A DNA stretch of 64,000 nucleotides. It comes from Amphiscolops sp. MND2022. Taxonomy: Eukaryota. The stretch spans positions 10,106,001 through 10,170,000 of the forward strand of contig OZ076417.1 of NCBI GenBank assembly GCA_964187785.1. The letters are read 5' to 3'. How positions within the stretch are numbered: the stretch's first letter is position 1; the number at the start of each line of letters is the position of its first letter. Below are positions 1 through 13,960 of the stretch, in pieces. The position numbers and the translations under genes were made by a program. Below the pieces are notes generated by a model that was not told the DNA's origin, did no database searches, and was given only the letters and a program-made list of their open reading frames with translations.

Positions 1-960
1 AACTTTTGAAGAAGGGATCATCCAGGAGCAAAGCTTCGGCGGAGGAAGAGGAATAAAGGCAGAGCAACTATGTGGAATAAATGAGAGACCAAAGAATCCA
101 TACAAGATGTGGATTAGAATTTGTCCAAAACCACCTAACACCGTGTAATGTGAAAACATATCAATGCTGAAATTGCGAGGGAATTGGCCCTTTTGCGCGA
201 TTGTATAAAACAAAACAAAAACTGCTAGTTTTAGAGGATCAGACAGAAAAAAACTAGCGGCAAAAGGAGAAGAGTTAATCTGATTGACCAACAATACGAC
301 CAATCAGAATGTAGAACGGAAGATAAACAGAGAATGTGCTATTACATGTCGGCGGAGATGGAGCACCATTTGTTTTGAAGAGAAAAAGTAACAATCAGCA
401 ATTGTGTACAATGATCGATTTAGACTGACACATCAAATTTTTCGCAAGGAGACGTCATTTTTGCACGACCACTGTCGAGAAAAAATGAATACGTAGACTA
501 TAACGGGCGACCATTGAACCTTTTGGGATTCCCGACAGTGCATGTCAAAGTGGGGAAACGGACACTAGAGCAGGCGAGGATAGTGACAGCACTTGAGGTG
601 AAGCAATCACTTTTTGGGCGTGATTCGGTTGGTGAAGATAACAAAGTTATGATAAATAACAAAAACATTCGAACCCCCAAAACAGAAAACAACTAGAACC
701 AAAAAGAATTCAACTGAAATTTCCGAACATTTACAGAAGACTAGGAAAATCGTGGGAACGCGATTAAGAATTCAAAGACGTGGCGAGAGTAACCCAACAG
801 AAAAGAAGACAACTTCTTTTACAGCTACAAGGAGCCCTGGAGACAGAAATGACAATTTGTTACAAGCAGGACACATCGAACGAATATACAAAATAACATA
901 CGAAAAGATCTGTGTTCAATGGACAAGACAGAGTGACGAAGATCGTTGAGACTCGCAAGC
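1..960 (+). mobile_element. Decayed Ty3/Gypsy fragment (gag zinc knuckle, aspartic protease, start of RT), unrelated to the env-bearing family
   Basis: YQC*NCEGIG..FAR resembles a CCHC knuckle (~160-205). DYNGRPLNLLGFPTVHVKVGKR...LFGRD (~497-625) resembles a retropepsin C-terminal half. QQKRRQLLLQLQGALETE and GHIERIYKI (~795-900) resemble the Gypsy RT N-terminus. Many stops and frameshifts. Confidence 0.65.
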
Positions 961-3959
961 AGGAAGGAGAGGTGCTAATTTATTCTCTCCAAACATTTTT
1001 CAGAGTGACATGAAAATGTGTCTGCCTTTCTGTCTTTTCAAAACTGCTTTCACTAATATTCACGAACCCTGTCATCTTGGTATTTCAAAAATCTACAAGT
1101 TGTTTTCATAATTTTATTACATCCGTTTTCTCCAGAAATGGTAATCTATTTTTGTACATGAATGTCTTGAATTACCGAAGAACAAACACCTCAACATGAA
1201 ACTTCACATTACTCATATACAATCTTGTTTAGAACATGCCCCTCCCTTTCATTAGCGGAATTGATTGGATACAAAAGACCCTATCAATCAACCTTCAAGA
1301 ACCAAATTGTACATCCATGTCATTGTGGACGCTTTTTGGCACATTGTTGAAACATTTCACATAAATTCAGAAGAACGCCAAAATTGCTGTTAAAACACTT
1401 TTACATCATTGGATTATCAAGTTTGGCCCTCCTATCTATCTTGTGACTAATAGAGAATCTGAATAGATTAATAATGATTAGACAATCTCCCAGATATCCT
1501 TATTCTCCTTGGGCCAATGGTTTTGTTGACGTTCGAAACACTCCTAACGACATATTCAAACAATTCTCATCCTCTGCTTCGAAAGTTTCTTCTGATGAAA
1601 AAGTTTTTCATACACGACCTCAAACTTCAAAAACATTTGACCTAAACTTTGCTCGCATTAAGCGTAAACCATGTATATCTAAATGTTGTCCTTCTTTTTA
1701 AGAACACTCACACCAACATAAAAACAGGTTTCTATCCATTTTTTCAATTTTGTTGAACCGTCAGCTTTGTATTTAACTGTATATGAATTTACAAAACCAA
1801 AATTAACGCACAGGCATACAAAACAAAAAACTATCACGAAAGAAAGCCCTTCCCTGTAACAGTCACAACCAGAGTTGGAACTTTCGTTTTGTAACGCAAT
1901 TTCGCCCATGTACATTTTTTGAGAAACTTAAACGCCCTCGAAACGGCGCTTTTTAAAAACGTTTTCGAATCTCTGATGCAATTTTAGAACTTCTTTCTCA
2001 AGTTGGTTCTACTTTCCCTTCACGCAAAAATTATTTGATACGTTCTTATCGGAGATGACCACTTCCACATCCTCATCTCAAAAATTCATGCTTTTTTCAG
2101 ATTCAGGGAATTTCGACACCCTAAACCCCATTGATTAAGCTAATAGCGACACATCACCTTTCAAATCCGTTAGCTCTTTATGAGAGACATCTCTGATGAG
2201 ACATCCTATCTGGAGGATTTTGCACTATCAAAAAGCGAATTATCTTATCTATCAAAAACTCTAATACCTTCCTTTTCATCACATTATAATAAACTCGACA
2301 CGTCCTTTGATGACAGCCCATCTTTTAAACAAAATATTAGAGCTTCTTCAGGTAATCCCACTTCAAATTGCATCCATCACTTGTCTGATAACTTTTCCGC
2401 TTCTACTCAAAACCAATTTGAAATTTCTTCTAATACTTCAACTAGCAGACATATTAAAAACCCCTAAAACATAAGGCATCATCAAACAAAAAAATATTAT
2501 CGTCTCCCAAACCGCAATCGAAACTTTTTGACGAAGATTTCAATCCACTTCTTAGGATCGAAATGAGTAGTAAGAACTAACATAAAGATAATAACGACAA
2601 GAAAATATCAATATTTTACATTTCCCAAAAAGATACATCCAATGACACATCAGAATGTCAATTCATGACTTCACATTCTTCTGAGCATCTTCTTCTGCTC
2701 AACACTACCTGTTCGTAGTCCTCAAATTCACATTATTTTCCATCCACGCAGCAATGCAATTGCATTACCGCTTTTTTATAGAAATTTTAGAAACATCTTC
2801 AACTATATCTTCTGATACTCGTTTCCCACGTGTCTCCGAACTGATAGTTCACCCATTGCTGAAATCCATATCACTGTACTTTCTCAATTCAAACCATCAC
2901 CAATTCAAAGTCCTCTCGTTCATATACAACATTCAGACTCAGTTGCTAGATTTGTTAATTGTTCACCACACAAAGCTGCTACTACCAGTGAAATTTTTAA
3001 ACATCAAATAAATCTAGTACAAATACCTGAAACAGAATATTCTCCTCTATCTCCAATGCAACTTCCGTCAGAGTTGAGATCATCAATTACTTCACAATCA
3101 TATTCTCCGCACGAAATGTCTTTACACCTTTGCAAAACTTTTCGACACATCATCACAAGACTCAAACCATCACAAAACTCTGATAGTACAAGTTTTGTGC
3201 CTCGTCATATATCTTTTTTTCGCCGCTTACCTACACGTCGACAAAGCACTGACACCTCAACGCCTAATTTTTCCGCTCTTTTTGTAATTCAGCCGATCGT
3301 CTTTCAACCATTTTCTTTAGATACACAATCTGCTGATTGGTTTCCTCCGTCCTATTTTACCTCAGTACTTGATATTGCTACTCTAATAGTTTCTGACGTA
3401 CAAACTGCCTAACTTCCTGGTAATTATTTGTCTAAAGTTCTTGTACCCACTCTAGTCGCTCTCTCCTACAGTAAGATTTCCTGAGCACTGATCAATCAAG
3501 GACTCGTACTACTAATTTTGCTGACTATCCATTACGCGTTAACGGTATTGTAATCTACGACCCTCAAGGCTATCATCGTTTTAGTGTTCTTGCAGAACGC
3601 TTTAATAATACCAGCGATACAGTTTCTAACAAAAGGAAAAAACTTGAACGCAAGGGAGTCAAAAAAATTATTCTTGAAGGAACATTTGCGGTAAAGGTTA
3701 AAATTCAAAGTTTTGAATCCTCATCCAGTTTTCAAGTCGCAAAGCTTGAATATAAGACAACTCATGCTGCATTCATTGTTTCCTAAATTGATTTCGACGG
3801 TGACACTAACATTCCTAACATAACAATTGGGAAAACCCATATTCTGATCTCAAATAAACTTCAACTCTCCGAATCATGAACTTATATGTCTACGATACAC
3901 ATGGCCCTATATGCTATGATATACACATATTGATTATATTTATATATAAATCTTTGAGT

Positions 3960-4159
3960 NNNNNNNNNNNNNNNNNNNNNNNNNNNNNNNNNNNNNNNNN
4001 NNNNNNNNNNNNNNNNNNNNNNNNNNNNNNNNNNNNNNNNNNNNNNNNNNNNNNNNNNNNNNNNNNNNNNNNNNNNNNNNNNNNNNNNNNNNNNNNNNNN
4101 NNNNNNNNNNNNNNNNNNNNNNNNNNNNNNNNNNNNNNNNNNNNNNNNNNNNNNNNNNN
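3960..4159. other. Assembly gap (200 N)
   Basis: Run of exactly 200 N. Copy A appears collinear across it (end of ORF-X on the left, start of env on the right). Confidence 0.99.
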
Positions 4160-4199
4160 ATTTATGTAAAACAACTTTATATATATCTTTTGTCTCTTT

Positions 4200-6240
4200 A
4201 TGTGACATGTCATACTAATTACTTATAGTACGCACTGATCCAGATAAAAATCTTCCATCTGACAATCCTAACAAAATGACTCTTGTAGTTTTTGACTATA
4301 ATTATGGAAAACATAACAATTAGGAACATTTTACTTTCCTAAATGTAATCTAGGGTACTGAAGCTCCAAGTACTCATCAAGCTAAAGTAATGACTAAAGA
4401 CAATGCTCGTGCAAGAACTAAACATATTAAAACTTTCTAGGGCGAAGCTCATGCTAAAAATGGTAGAAATATTTGTTGTCAAGGCTCTTCCAATTGTAAA
4501 CGCGCGGACCGAATCATATGGAACCATACTATTTTATCTATTCTGGTTACACTTCACCCCCTTGAATGCAAGAATCTTATTCGTCACCTCAATGGAACTA
4601 ATAATCAGATACTGAACAGTTCCCATTATAACAAAAAAATCACCTTCCTGGGAAAAACTAATCCAATTTGAGTTTTTATTCACTGTTTACAAGTTTGGTA
4701 CCTTGTACATTGGTACTTTCACAATAATACCTACCGACAAAAATGGATCCACCATCCTCCAAAGAACCTTCTTCACAAATGTCCAGCATATCATCAGTTC
4801 GAAATAAATTTAGTTCGTTGGGGACTTACTGTTTCGGAAGTAGAAGTCTTTTATGACGATACGGAAAACGTACCGGTTATAGATGGTGATACAATTCGAT
4901 GGTATTTTGCAGATGGGTTCTGTAAAACCTCCACTAAATGTCCTTTTACGCTTTTTTGTTTTAGTGAATTTTGTCCTTACAAGATTTTGTTGGACGTATG
5001 ACAACAATTGAAGAAGGATATTGGATTGAAATTGACTCCTTTAACCATTCGTCCTTTCTTTATAATTTTGAAACAATTTCTAGCATTAAAGAAACACCTT
5101 AAACTTGTATACGTGCTCCACATATTCAAAGCCAACAAAATCTAGTCTTTCAAGGTTTTTTCCCCTCATGCTCGAACGTTTTGTGGTAAACCTGAACCAC
5201 TTTATTATTCACCAATTGACCATTTTTTGATTCATCACCAATGACAAGATTATAGGACAACCAAATCTTCAATATTTTGTAAGTTACCATATATCAGCAA
5301 AATTACTACCAGACAAATGAAACAACGAGTATATCTTTCCTGCACTCAGTGTTTCAATCAACTTCGCTCCCATTGATTATGCTGCACACAATAATACAAA
5401 AATTTGTGACACTATCAACCATGCTTTCCGTTCAATGACAGTCCACGAATTCAATGCTCTTCATACAGTATGTGATTTGGGACGAAACCAACTAATGAGA
5501 AGATTCTCAATGTCAGTACAAAAACCACAGCTCGCTGGAATCCTTTTAACAGGTTATCGAAGTAATTTCTTTTATGTCGAAAGTTGTACAGCTTGGCGTT
5601 ATGATTGCCCAAATTTACTTTCACCTTTATATAAAGAAGATCGTTGCTTTGATAGAATACCTTTACCTGGCAACGAAACTCTTAGGAGTGTCGAATCCAT
5701 TTCTAGACAACCATTGCACATTATGCTGCATCTAGATCATGTGACAATGCTCTTCAAAACATCATAGAACTCGATCGAGATTCAGATCACCGAAATATTT
5801 ACATTCTTATTCCTGAACCTATCTAACAAAAACCGCATTTTATCATTTTATGTTTACTCGTTCTCAAATTAAAACTACTCTGAGACCTAGTACATTTACA
5901 GCCTGAGATGCTGAATTTTATTCTAATGCAGAACATGAACAGTTTTGGAACAGATTAGATTGTTTTCCTTGAAAGTTTCTGATACAACACTGCAATTCCC
6001 GGGGAAAACTATTTATTCATTTATTCCTACCAATACCAGTAGTAATGATGCAAATACTCCTGAAGATAACCCTTATATTACACTTCTTATAGGATGACAA
6101 GACAAACTCCCAAAATTAACTCCACGCTCCACATAAACATGGTTTTTCATTGCTTTCATTTGGCGTTTCGGATACCGTTGTTACAACCTTACACAAAGTC
6201 GAATTGATTTTTTACATTCTTTTTGTACAAGCAATTAAAG
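4200..6240 (+). pseudogene. env: env-like glycoprotein pseudogene of copy A, uninterrupted at the site where the Polinton sits in copy B
   Basis: Collinear similarity to env of copies B and C. ~4735-4830 (cctaccgacaaaaatggat...tgtccagcatatcatcagttcgaaat) matches the joined flanks of the Polinton. Confidence 0.8.
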
Positions 6241-6630
6241 TTGATAGTTTCATATTGATTGTAGAGCTACTCTTCCACGCTCTACCAGATTGAACTCAAG
6301 TCCTCTGTTAAATGCAGAGCTTTCAAGGAGGTGGTCAAATTGCCAATCCATCGGCAATCGATTGTTGCTCCTGTAACAGTTGTTTCCACGGAGACTGTGT
6401 CAAACTCTCCCTGGAGGATGTGACATGTCTGGGATTCAAACCAAACGTTCAATCTGACCCAACCGAAGCTAAAGTAACTTCTATATTCAATGACTTTAAT
6501 GAAAAATCAAGCCTCTTCTTTTTTCAATCTTGTTCCTCAGCTAATTAAAGCCACCATTCCCACCATGCAAGATATGATCAAAGAAGCCGTTACTAGTTCC
6601 TTTCCTTCTCATGGTGATTTTGGTGCTAGA

Positions 6631-7180
6631 AACAACAAGCTGGGAACAGCCCAAGTTGGCGCCATATCTAATGCTCAAAAATAGCAAAAGGACTTCAATG
6701 TGTCAAGTATTCTCTTCGACAGGACCTGCGTGAGGAAAAAATTGAGAAAATATTCCGATATTTATTGAATATTTTTCGAAATTTTTTTGGTCTCTGGTAA
6801 GTCGCATAGTGCCAAAAAATGTAGAAGGGGGCCTTTGGGAGTTTTTGAACATCTATTCTCTTGCAAAATAGGAAAAAAAAATTGAAGTGGGACCCTTTGG
6901 AGACTTTTAAAAAATTTGCGAAAAAATGTCTCACAAAGCCGAAAAAACATGCACACAAAAAATTTTGGTCATGGGCGGGCCTCGAATCCACGTTTTTCTG
7001 CTTGGCAGACATCAAAAACTATCCTTTTTAACCTTTTTGCTGAGTGGCAGTAGAAGTTACAAGTGTGGCAGTTAGTAGACGCAGCTTATAAAACTAATGG
7101 AATCTGTCAGGTTGTTGGTCTTGAAAAAAAGAAAGAAAAGAAAAGTCACTACTATAGTCTGCATTTTTCTTCGAAAAGCC
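6631..7180. repeat. Probable non-autonomous interspersed repeat interrupting LINE ORF1; contains a tRNA-like segment on the minus strand
   Basis: Non-coding, A/T-run-rich block splitting two LINE ORF1-like segments. Minus strand ~6966-7010 reads gtCTGCCAAgcagaaaaacgtggATTCGAggcccgcccatgaCCA (anticodon-loop-like, B-box-like, CCA). Only one copy in the window, so boundaries are approximate. Confidence 0.4.
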
Positions 7181-7638
7181 CCAACCAAAAACTTCTCTCC
7201 TCAAATTGTCTTACAATTTGCAATCACTGGTTTGGTTGAAACTGCATCAACATATCTCAAGCAAGTTGAGAAAGATTTTAGATATTTCAACGAAGTAGTT
7301 CAACTTATGGGCCTACGAGCAGAGGGAAATGTGACTGGTATCAGTAATCTAAGAAACATTGCAAACGCAAATAGTAAAGAAAATACTGTCATTGATGGAA
7401 TGATAGCCAAATCAAACAGAAAAGAAAATTTTGTTACAGATGAAATGATAACAAAACCAAATAGTGAAGACAGTATAACTGTTGGTACTAAACGTTGTCG
7501 TCCACTTCTTGTTACTATATCCAATTCCTCCTACTTTGTGGAAAAGTGCTTTGCGCGAAGTCACTATTTGCAGAACTACAAATTTCCAAATTATATCGAA
7601 AAAGTTTTTGTCTTCTACCGATGGTCATCTAGAAAAAG

Positions 7639-7703
7639 ATGATTCGGCAAAACTTATAATTCGGCAAAACTTATGATTCGGCAAACTTCGGCAATCTTAT
7701 AAT
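7639..7703. repeat. 17-bp tandem repeat (attcggcaaaacttatr), 3 copies plus a partial
   Basis: attcggc starts at 7642, 7659 and 7676; degenerate fourth copy at ~7687. Confidence 0.85.
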
Positions 7704-8949
7704 CCATGTCGAAGGTAAACAGAGAAGTGATTTTAGAATAAAAAAAAGAAAATGTACTACAAAGATGCAATGGTAGATGTCTTAACAAATGGCTGAGTAC
7801 CTTCAAATGCACTCTTATAAACTGTCGTTCTGTGTGCTCCTTAGAGAAACACTATGAACTACTTAAACTCTGTGCTGTTGATTCTATCTCTTTTGTGTTT
7901 CGGACTTAAACTTGGTTGAGTGCTAACATAAATTATCTGAGATATTTCCGGGTTCTTCCGTTAGACTTGTTCCTAGAATAGACCGTGAGCGTGGTCAACA
8001 TGGCGGTTTCCTGATTGAACAATTGTCCGATACATACCTCAGGTATGTTGACATTACCATTCCTAGCTTTGTATTAGCTATATCTTGAGCTGTTCTCTGT
8101 GATACGTTTTCCTTCATTTTGCTCATATATAATCTGCTAGCTTCTTCAGATTCTTCAGTGGACATCTCTAATATATTGGAATTTTTTCAGGCCTACTTTG
8201 TCAAACTCAACTGGATGGCGGACAATTTGAACTGCGAACCTGATTAGGATGTTTACTTTTTTGGCGATTTCAATTCTCCCAACAACGACTGGACAAGTTA
8301 CTATTCTTCTTCGTGGATTGAACTTCGCTTCCTTGAAATTGTCATGGAAACTGATCTTTTCCAATTGGTCTGTGAACCTACTCAAAAAATAACAACTTTC
8401 GTGATCTTATTCTATCCAACATGGATAACTTATCAGTTTCCGTTTCTAAACAGCTTTTCTTCTATCACTTTACTGCTTACTTCTATTTCAACTCCAATCC
8501 AGTCCCAACAATTTCGCTGACATTTCATTCAAAGTCGTTCTTCAACGCTATTCTGTTCAATAGCCACTTTCAATTGTTCTTCAATTTCTTGTCACGAGAC
8601 AGTTCTTTTAGTTTTATATATCCTGACGATTGGTACAGTCTTCTTGCTGATTTTTTCGTGAATACAAACATACTTAAACGTGCTATTCGAAATGAATTAC
8701 TCTGGTCTAATTATCACATACGATTAATCTTAATAATCAAAACGAAAGTACCATGAGAAGAATTGATAAGATGCTTCACGTCTGTTTGCTATCAAACTTA
8801 GAGATCTCATCATATCTCTCCCAAATTCAATAGAGATGTTGCCCATTCTTCTCGTCAACAATGTGAACTCTCTCTCCCTCTGGACTCTCATTATGAAAAC
8901 AAATGGGAATAAATTCCCTTAATTATAATTTTCAGCAAAATAGAACTCT

Positions 8950-9860
8950 GCATATTTCAATAGGTTTTGGTTCTTTTAACTCCTAATGCGAAAATGGTCA
9001 AGGAACTAAGTTATGTTCACAGTACAGAACATCAGATACCCTTCTATAATAAATCCACACCAAGTTCTTTTACTTTTGTCAACAATAATTGAAGAGCCAT
9101 AAGATGAACCTTCTAATAATTCTGATGTTCCACCAGATAATCAAAAACTAACTCTACAAACACAACTCCAACTGATTTTACTTCTGCACCAATCGTTTAT
9201 ACGAAACGTCCTACGAAGATGTCGAAAATCAGGCGCTTCAAATTCTACCTAAAACGAAATTATTACTCTATCTAGAAAGCAAAAGTAAATCTGACAAATC
9301 CAAATTGACAATATCATCTACATTACCGCCGCCTTTGACCCATTACTCGAGTGTCAACCCGAAGAATGACAATTGTTCTTTAAATTCCAGTCCTGACAAT
9401 GATCAAATTGACAGTCCTCTTCAAATTTATCCGAAAACGAAACCCTTCTTTCCACCAGCACCGTTTTAGAACAATTCGTTCCTCACCTTCTCTCTTTCAA
9501 TTCATTTGCTCTTCTAACAAAATTTTTGCTCATCTCTCCGTTCAAAATTGAGAGCCAACTAGGAATAACTCCTCCCGACCTCTTCACCTTACCACGAAAG
9601 TCTGACCCTACTATTCACACCCAAGATAGAGCGATGCGTTAGAAAAAAATTCCAATATGACACAAGCACACCTTGATTTGATTCACAAAACACCACTAAC
9701 AAAACTGATCTCACAACTAAACCTCTACTTAATGACGTTCCAATTCTCTTTTTGGAACCCATTGAATATACCATAGCTTTCTTCATTTCTCCAGCGAAGG
9801 ATAATCACAGAAACACACCAACTTTGTCGTACGAAGAACGTGAACAAGAAACACACAAAC
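8950..9860 (+). mobile_element. Short fragment of the env-bearing Gypsy family (env tail and start of ORF-Y)
   Basis: 9170-9300 (ccaatcgtttatacgaaacgtcctacgaagatgtcgaaaatcagg) matches 37690-37770 and 55980-56040. ~9550-9800 resembles 38130-38350. Confidence 0.65.
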
Positions 9861-9924
9861 CCTCTAAATATTTCGCCTAAGGCTATATGCGGCCAATCAG
9901 CAAGTACCCGACGTAATAGCCTAA

Positions 9925-10332
9925 GTGGAAGATCAACTTGTAGATCCTGAGGTTAAAACAACACGTGACGATTGGTATAGGCAAGCTTCGGAAACTGAAT
10001 TCGGAGAAGTTCTGTTCGGAAGCTCGTCGGCAATAGAGACTGAAGAAGCTACGATCTTAGAAGTGCCAATTGATGACGAAACTACAACAGACAATGAAGC
10101 GGTTATAACAACCGCAGAAGAAAACTTCGCTGAGAATAAAACATCCTCCGGAGATGTTACGTCATTCAACTTAGACGTTAGTGACAATCCCTACATAATG
10201 ACTCTGCCGCCTATGGACAAAAAATCGGAATATACAACTTACGTCCTAATGCTAGACCTGATGCACACCCAGATGTTTGGATGCTTGACGCTGTCACTGC
10301 GGAAGGAATGCCTGAAACTCAATACTGAATGA
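9925..10332 (+). CDS. Acidic ORF of unknown function, 135 aa by the ORF track (alternative start codon); possibly a retroelement tail fragment
   Basis: Open frame rich in E/D/T. No recognised motif. Confidence 0.25.
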   Translation: MEDQLVDPEVKTTRDDWYRQASETEFGEVLFGSSSAIETEEATILEVPIDDETTTDNEAVITTAEENFAENKTSSGDVTSFNLDVSDNPYIMTLPPMDKKSEYTTYVLMLDLMHTQMFGCLTLSLRKECLKLNTE

Positions 10333-10485
10333 AAACAATCAGCTAGCCAAAGCGAACCGGAGAAGCTACGCTAATTTTACTTTATCCCCCTAAACTAAAT
10401 AAAAACAAAAGACATCAACAGCGTCCAAACTCATAACATATCAAAGAATAATAGACAGTTCCATGAAATCATCAAATAGAAGCAG

Positions 10486-13400
10486 TCATTTTATGAGATG
10501 ATACACAGAGGCATCATCATTTTTTTTCGATTTCGTTTTAGTAGTTATTGACTTGCTACTGATAGCCTGATTCTCGGGTTTCTCCGGCTTGCCAACACGC
10601 TTAGCACTAACGGTCTTTTCAGCAGTTTTACTTTCCTCCTCTTTTTCCTTCTCCACAGTTGAATTCGAGCTACTCCGGACCACAGAATTAGTTCTTGACC
10701 CCAGCTCGGCGCGTGATAAACGATTGACACGGTTACATTCCGAGTAATATTCGTCACTCAATCGCCGTCGCTTTGCCGAAAATTCACTTTAAAGGCAACA
10801 AAAGGCTTCAAAAAATGAGTCGATACCAGGATCACACAGATTTTTGAAAACACGCAGCACATGTCGTCGTGATTGAAATCCAATGTCGTCCAACAGATAA
10901 CGGCGCACATCTGGAATTTCATTAGCTGAACGCTCCAAACATCAATGCTGCCTTCTCTTCGCGATGACGTACGCATTATATTCGTCCACTGCAGCTTTAG
11001 ACTCATCGGGCTTCAAGGAATCACATCCCTCCAAAACGCCACATAACTCAGCAATCAAGTCGAATGCAGAATTATCGTCACTTTCCAACATCAGTTTTGG
11101 GCAAAAACAAAATATTCCTTCTGAAACAAGGGAACTAAAAATGCCAGCTGGTCAATAAACTCTCTGGGGCGGCTCCGGAACTTCGACATCTCACTTGTTT
11201 TTGCAGCAATCAGTCCTTTCCCAAAATCACAATGAGCCAGCAAATCGTCCTGGGGGCAACGGAGAAGCTTGGAATCTTCTCCACGTCCATATACGTTTCC
11301 CACTCGTGAATGCCCGAAAGATTTGACTGCACGCGTGTTTCCATCAAAAGACAGTGTGCAAGGTTGCACATTTCACCATAACTGTGACACACGTAGTCAC
11401 TACGTCTTCGTCTCAGCTTCGGCAAATGGATATTAACTAAAACAAGAGAAACCCCATTGTTGCACCATATCGCAATTAGAAGACCCAGTCTCACAACAAA
11501 CAACCAGAAACGCCCCTCAGAAATACATCATCGAGATAATTATACGCCCAAGTATCTAGGATCAACTGCAATATTCAGAAACGATACACAATCTGCCCGT
11601 CCGAGATCACAGTAGAATCCATCCCTCTCAACTGAAACAACAACACAAGAACGATACCCGAACGGTCACAGAAAATGAAAAACAAGGGACAAATAACTTG
11701 AAGATCCCACAAAAAGAAGAAAAGAGTCAAAGATAAAAGGTAACTATAACTAACACTGTCAGCCTGATCTTTCACATGGGGCAATCCAGTACAACGGATG
11801 TATAGACGGATTGAAGGCCACAAGTCCACCAAATGAGTCAAAACTTCACGAAGGTCTTGAAAGGCAACGGATCCCCGACGGATGCATTCACACAGCAACA
11901 CTCTGCCATCAGTCCAATCTTCGTAGACAGCACTCTTCAATCTGATAGTGACATGTTAACAAAATTGACTGGTAACAAAATGGGCCAGAGGAACTGACTC
12001 CAATTTCGGCATTGTCTGAACCAATAAGTCTTGACCAAAACAAATCTTCCTCAAGGTATCGTCCACCCAGCACACCACGAAGCAGCGCTCAACGTCCGTA
12101 TCATTCTCGTAAAACAGCGCATACTTATTATGTGACCCCACAGCCCTTAGAACAAGACACAGCACACAAGGCGCAAGCCATTGACAAAGCAACGCCTGAA
12201 ACAAAATCACCATGAAGATCAAAAAGCTTTTAACCCACATATATTACATAGCCCCAAAAAGCAAATCAAAACTCACAGACCGACCAATAACATATTCTTC
12301 AATTATCCTTACCACAGTCTCAGTTCGACTCCAATTTAACTCATACTCCGTAGCACTTTCCCCCAGAGAAGCACAAAACAAGCCAAAAGACGTCGCAGTA
12401 GGGTGAAGTCGCCACCACTACGGTGCCGCTCGCAAACACAGAAGATCATTGTCATAATTGGGACCGTTGACTCACTTGAGCATGTTTGGGCAACAAGTCC
12501 TCGGGAGGAGGAAACCCTTCTGCCAGGTTAACAAAAGGACGGCCTTTGAACTCGGCAATTTGATCAGCTGACAACTCAATAATCTCCAAAAGTCTATTGT
12601 ACACAGGAAGACCCATATGCACTCTATAGCATACAATCCGAATCCAGTGCCCATTCGAAGAGAAGTGTCGCTTGAATTGCCCTGCACCATGCCTTTCATC
12701 CGCACATCTCGTTGACACACTCGGCAAAAAAATACGCAGGGTCTCCGCACTTCGCACTACTCACGAAATCTGGGTACACAGGATGCAAAGACAGCATCCG
12801 TCTATGTAACTGCTTGCGACTCCCATAACTGCGCACTCGACATTGACAGCGATCTCCAATCTTCTTAGACAGTTTCGTAAGTCCTACAAACAACGCAACA
12901 AACTACATGACTCCAAAGGAAGAGAAACTATGAAGAACACACTCTCTACCAAAAGCTACCGAATAACTACCGTACAGCACAAAACGCCAACATATCGTCT
13001 CAATACTCTGCACAGTGCGATTCTCCACCTCTGCAATCAAATGACGAACAAACTGAGCCAAACTGCCAGGGCTTAACAGAGTCCCGCCGGGGATGGTTGC
13101 AAAACTTTCCTCATCACCTATACAAAAACAACCAGCACAAAAACTTGCACAAAAAAAGAGGAAAAAACAGAGAGACCAGAAGAAAGCCCGGAACAACAAA
13201 ACAATACACAAACAGTAGATTAGTATGAAATCATATAGAATGAAAAATACTACCTAGTCCCACCCCCCACCATAAGCTCCTGCAGAGTAGGAGAATGGCC
13301 ACCTTTTCGTTGCTGAGGAGGACTAGTGAATTTCACAGACAGCTCCGGAGATGGCCCTGCTTCAATGCTGTCGGCAGCCACACCTTCGCCTCCCTCTACA

Positions 13401-13960
13401 TCACCTACACCGTTCTTCGTCTCAGGACCTCGTGAAGTTGCAGGATCAACATCTGAACCCAACGACAAAACAACGGAATGAGGCTGTACGGAAAAAGTAG
13501 CAAGTCCTGATCCAGAAACCACAGTCGTCAGAGCAGCATTGATGGACTCAGTCGAGAATGTCTCAGTTATAGGAGGAAGCCCCTTTGAAACCTCAGTCAG
13601 TCCAGCACTTGTAAAAGTGTTGACCCCGTGAAGAGCAATGGGTTGAGTTACTGAAAATCAAGATCTGGATTCAAACGCGGCGGGTATTCGGGTAAGACTA
13701 CAAAAGCTGATCACTAAAACAATAGTCCATGGAAGTCAGAAAGATTTTACCAACCTGAAGTAAAACGTGAAATTTCTACATCCGAGGCGATAACGTCATC
13801 GTCAGTATAGTCGAACGTTGTCTCATTACCACTGACAAATCCTGCGGCAGCAACAGGGGGTGTAATAGAACCCTCGTCCATCCGAAAAGACAACCAGAGG
13901 AATCTAGAAAAGAGGAACAGTTAAGAGAAGAAAAACCTACGGGGCCACCCCGAAACAATA
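10486..13960 (-). pseudogene. Cluster of frameshifted minus-strand ORF pieces from an unclassified decayed element
   Basis: Higher GC than the flanks. Protein-like frames join across frameshifts (e.g. LSPGSLAQFVRHLIAEVENRTVQSIETICWRFVLYG; EIPDVRRYLLDDIGFQSRRHVLRVFKNLC; YELNWSRTETVVRIIEEY). No family recognised. Confidence 0.45.

Larger units (their letters stand above)
1140..6240 (+). mobile_element. Copy A: heavily degenerate internal fragment (integrase core, ORF-X, env) of the env-bearing Gypsy family
   Basis: 1140-1560 aligns by eye to the integrase regions at 20200-20560 and 50850-51240 (IVDAF, FGPPIYLVT). 3560-3880 aligns to 53240-53600. 4200-6240 aligns to env at 53660-55750 (ORF 5435-5767: VCDLGRNQL, YDCPNLLSPLY, CFDRIP). 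Confidence 0.85.
6300..8900 (+). mobile_element. CR1/L2-type LINE relic: ORF1 (PHD-like start, RPLLVT C-terminal part) and APE endonuclease; no RT seen
   Basis: AIDCCSCNSCFHGDCVKLS (PHD-like, ORF 6312-6548). RCRPLLVTIS (~7495-7525). APE motifs YNCRSV (~7816), RIDRERGQHGGFLI (~7975-8015), GDFNSPNNDW (~8263-8292) and QLVCEPTQ..RDLILS (~8362-8415). Confidence 0.7.

Noticed and set aside
3876-4213. ORFs of 97-108 aa in the ORF track
   Set aside because: Artefacts of translating through the 200-N gap.
6966-7040. Functional tRNA gene
   Set aside because: No intact acceptor stem or D-arm and the anticodon stem does not pair; at most a tRNA-derived relic.
7097-7180. N-terminus of the 181-aa ORF 7097-7642 as a real gene start
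   Set aside because: It lies in the inserted repeat; only the downstream part resembles LINE ORF1.
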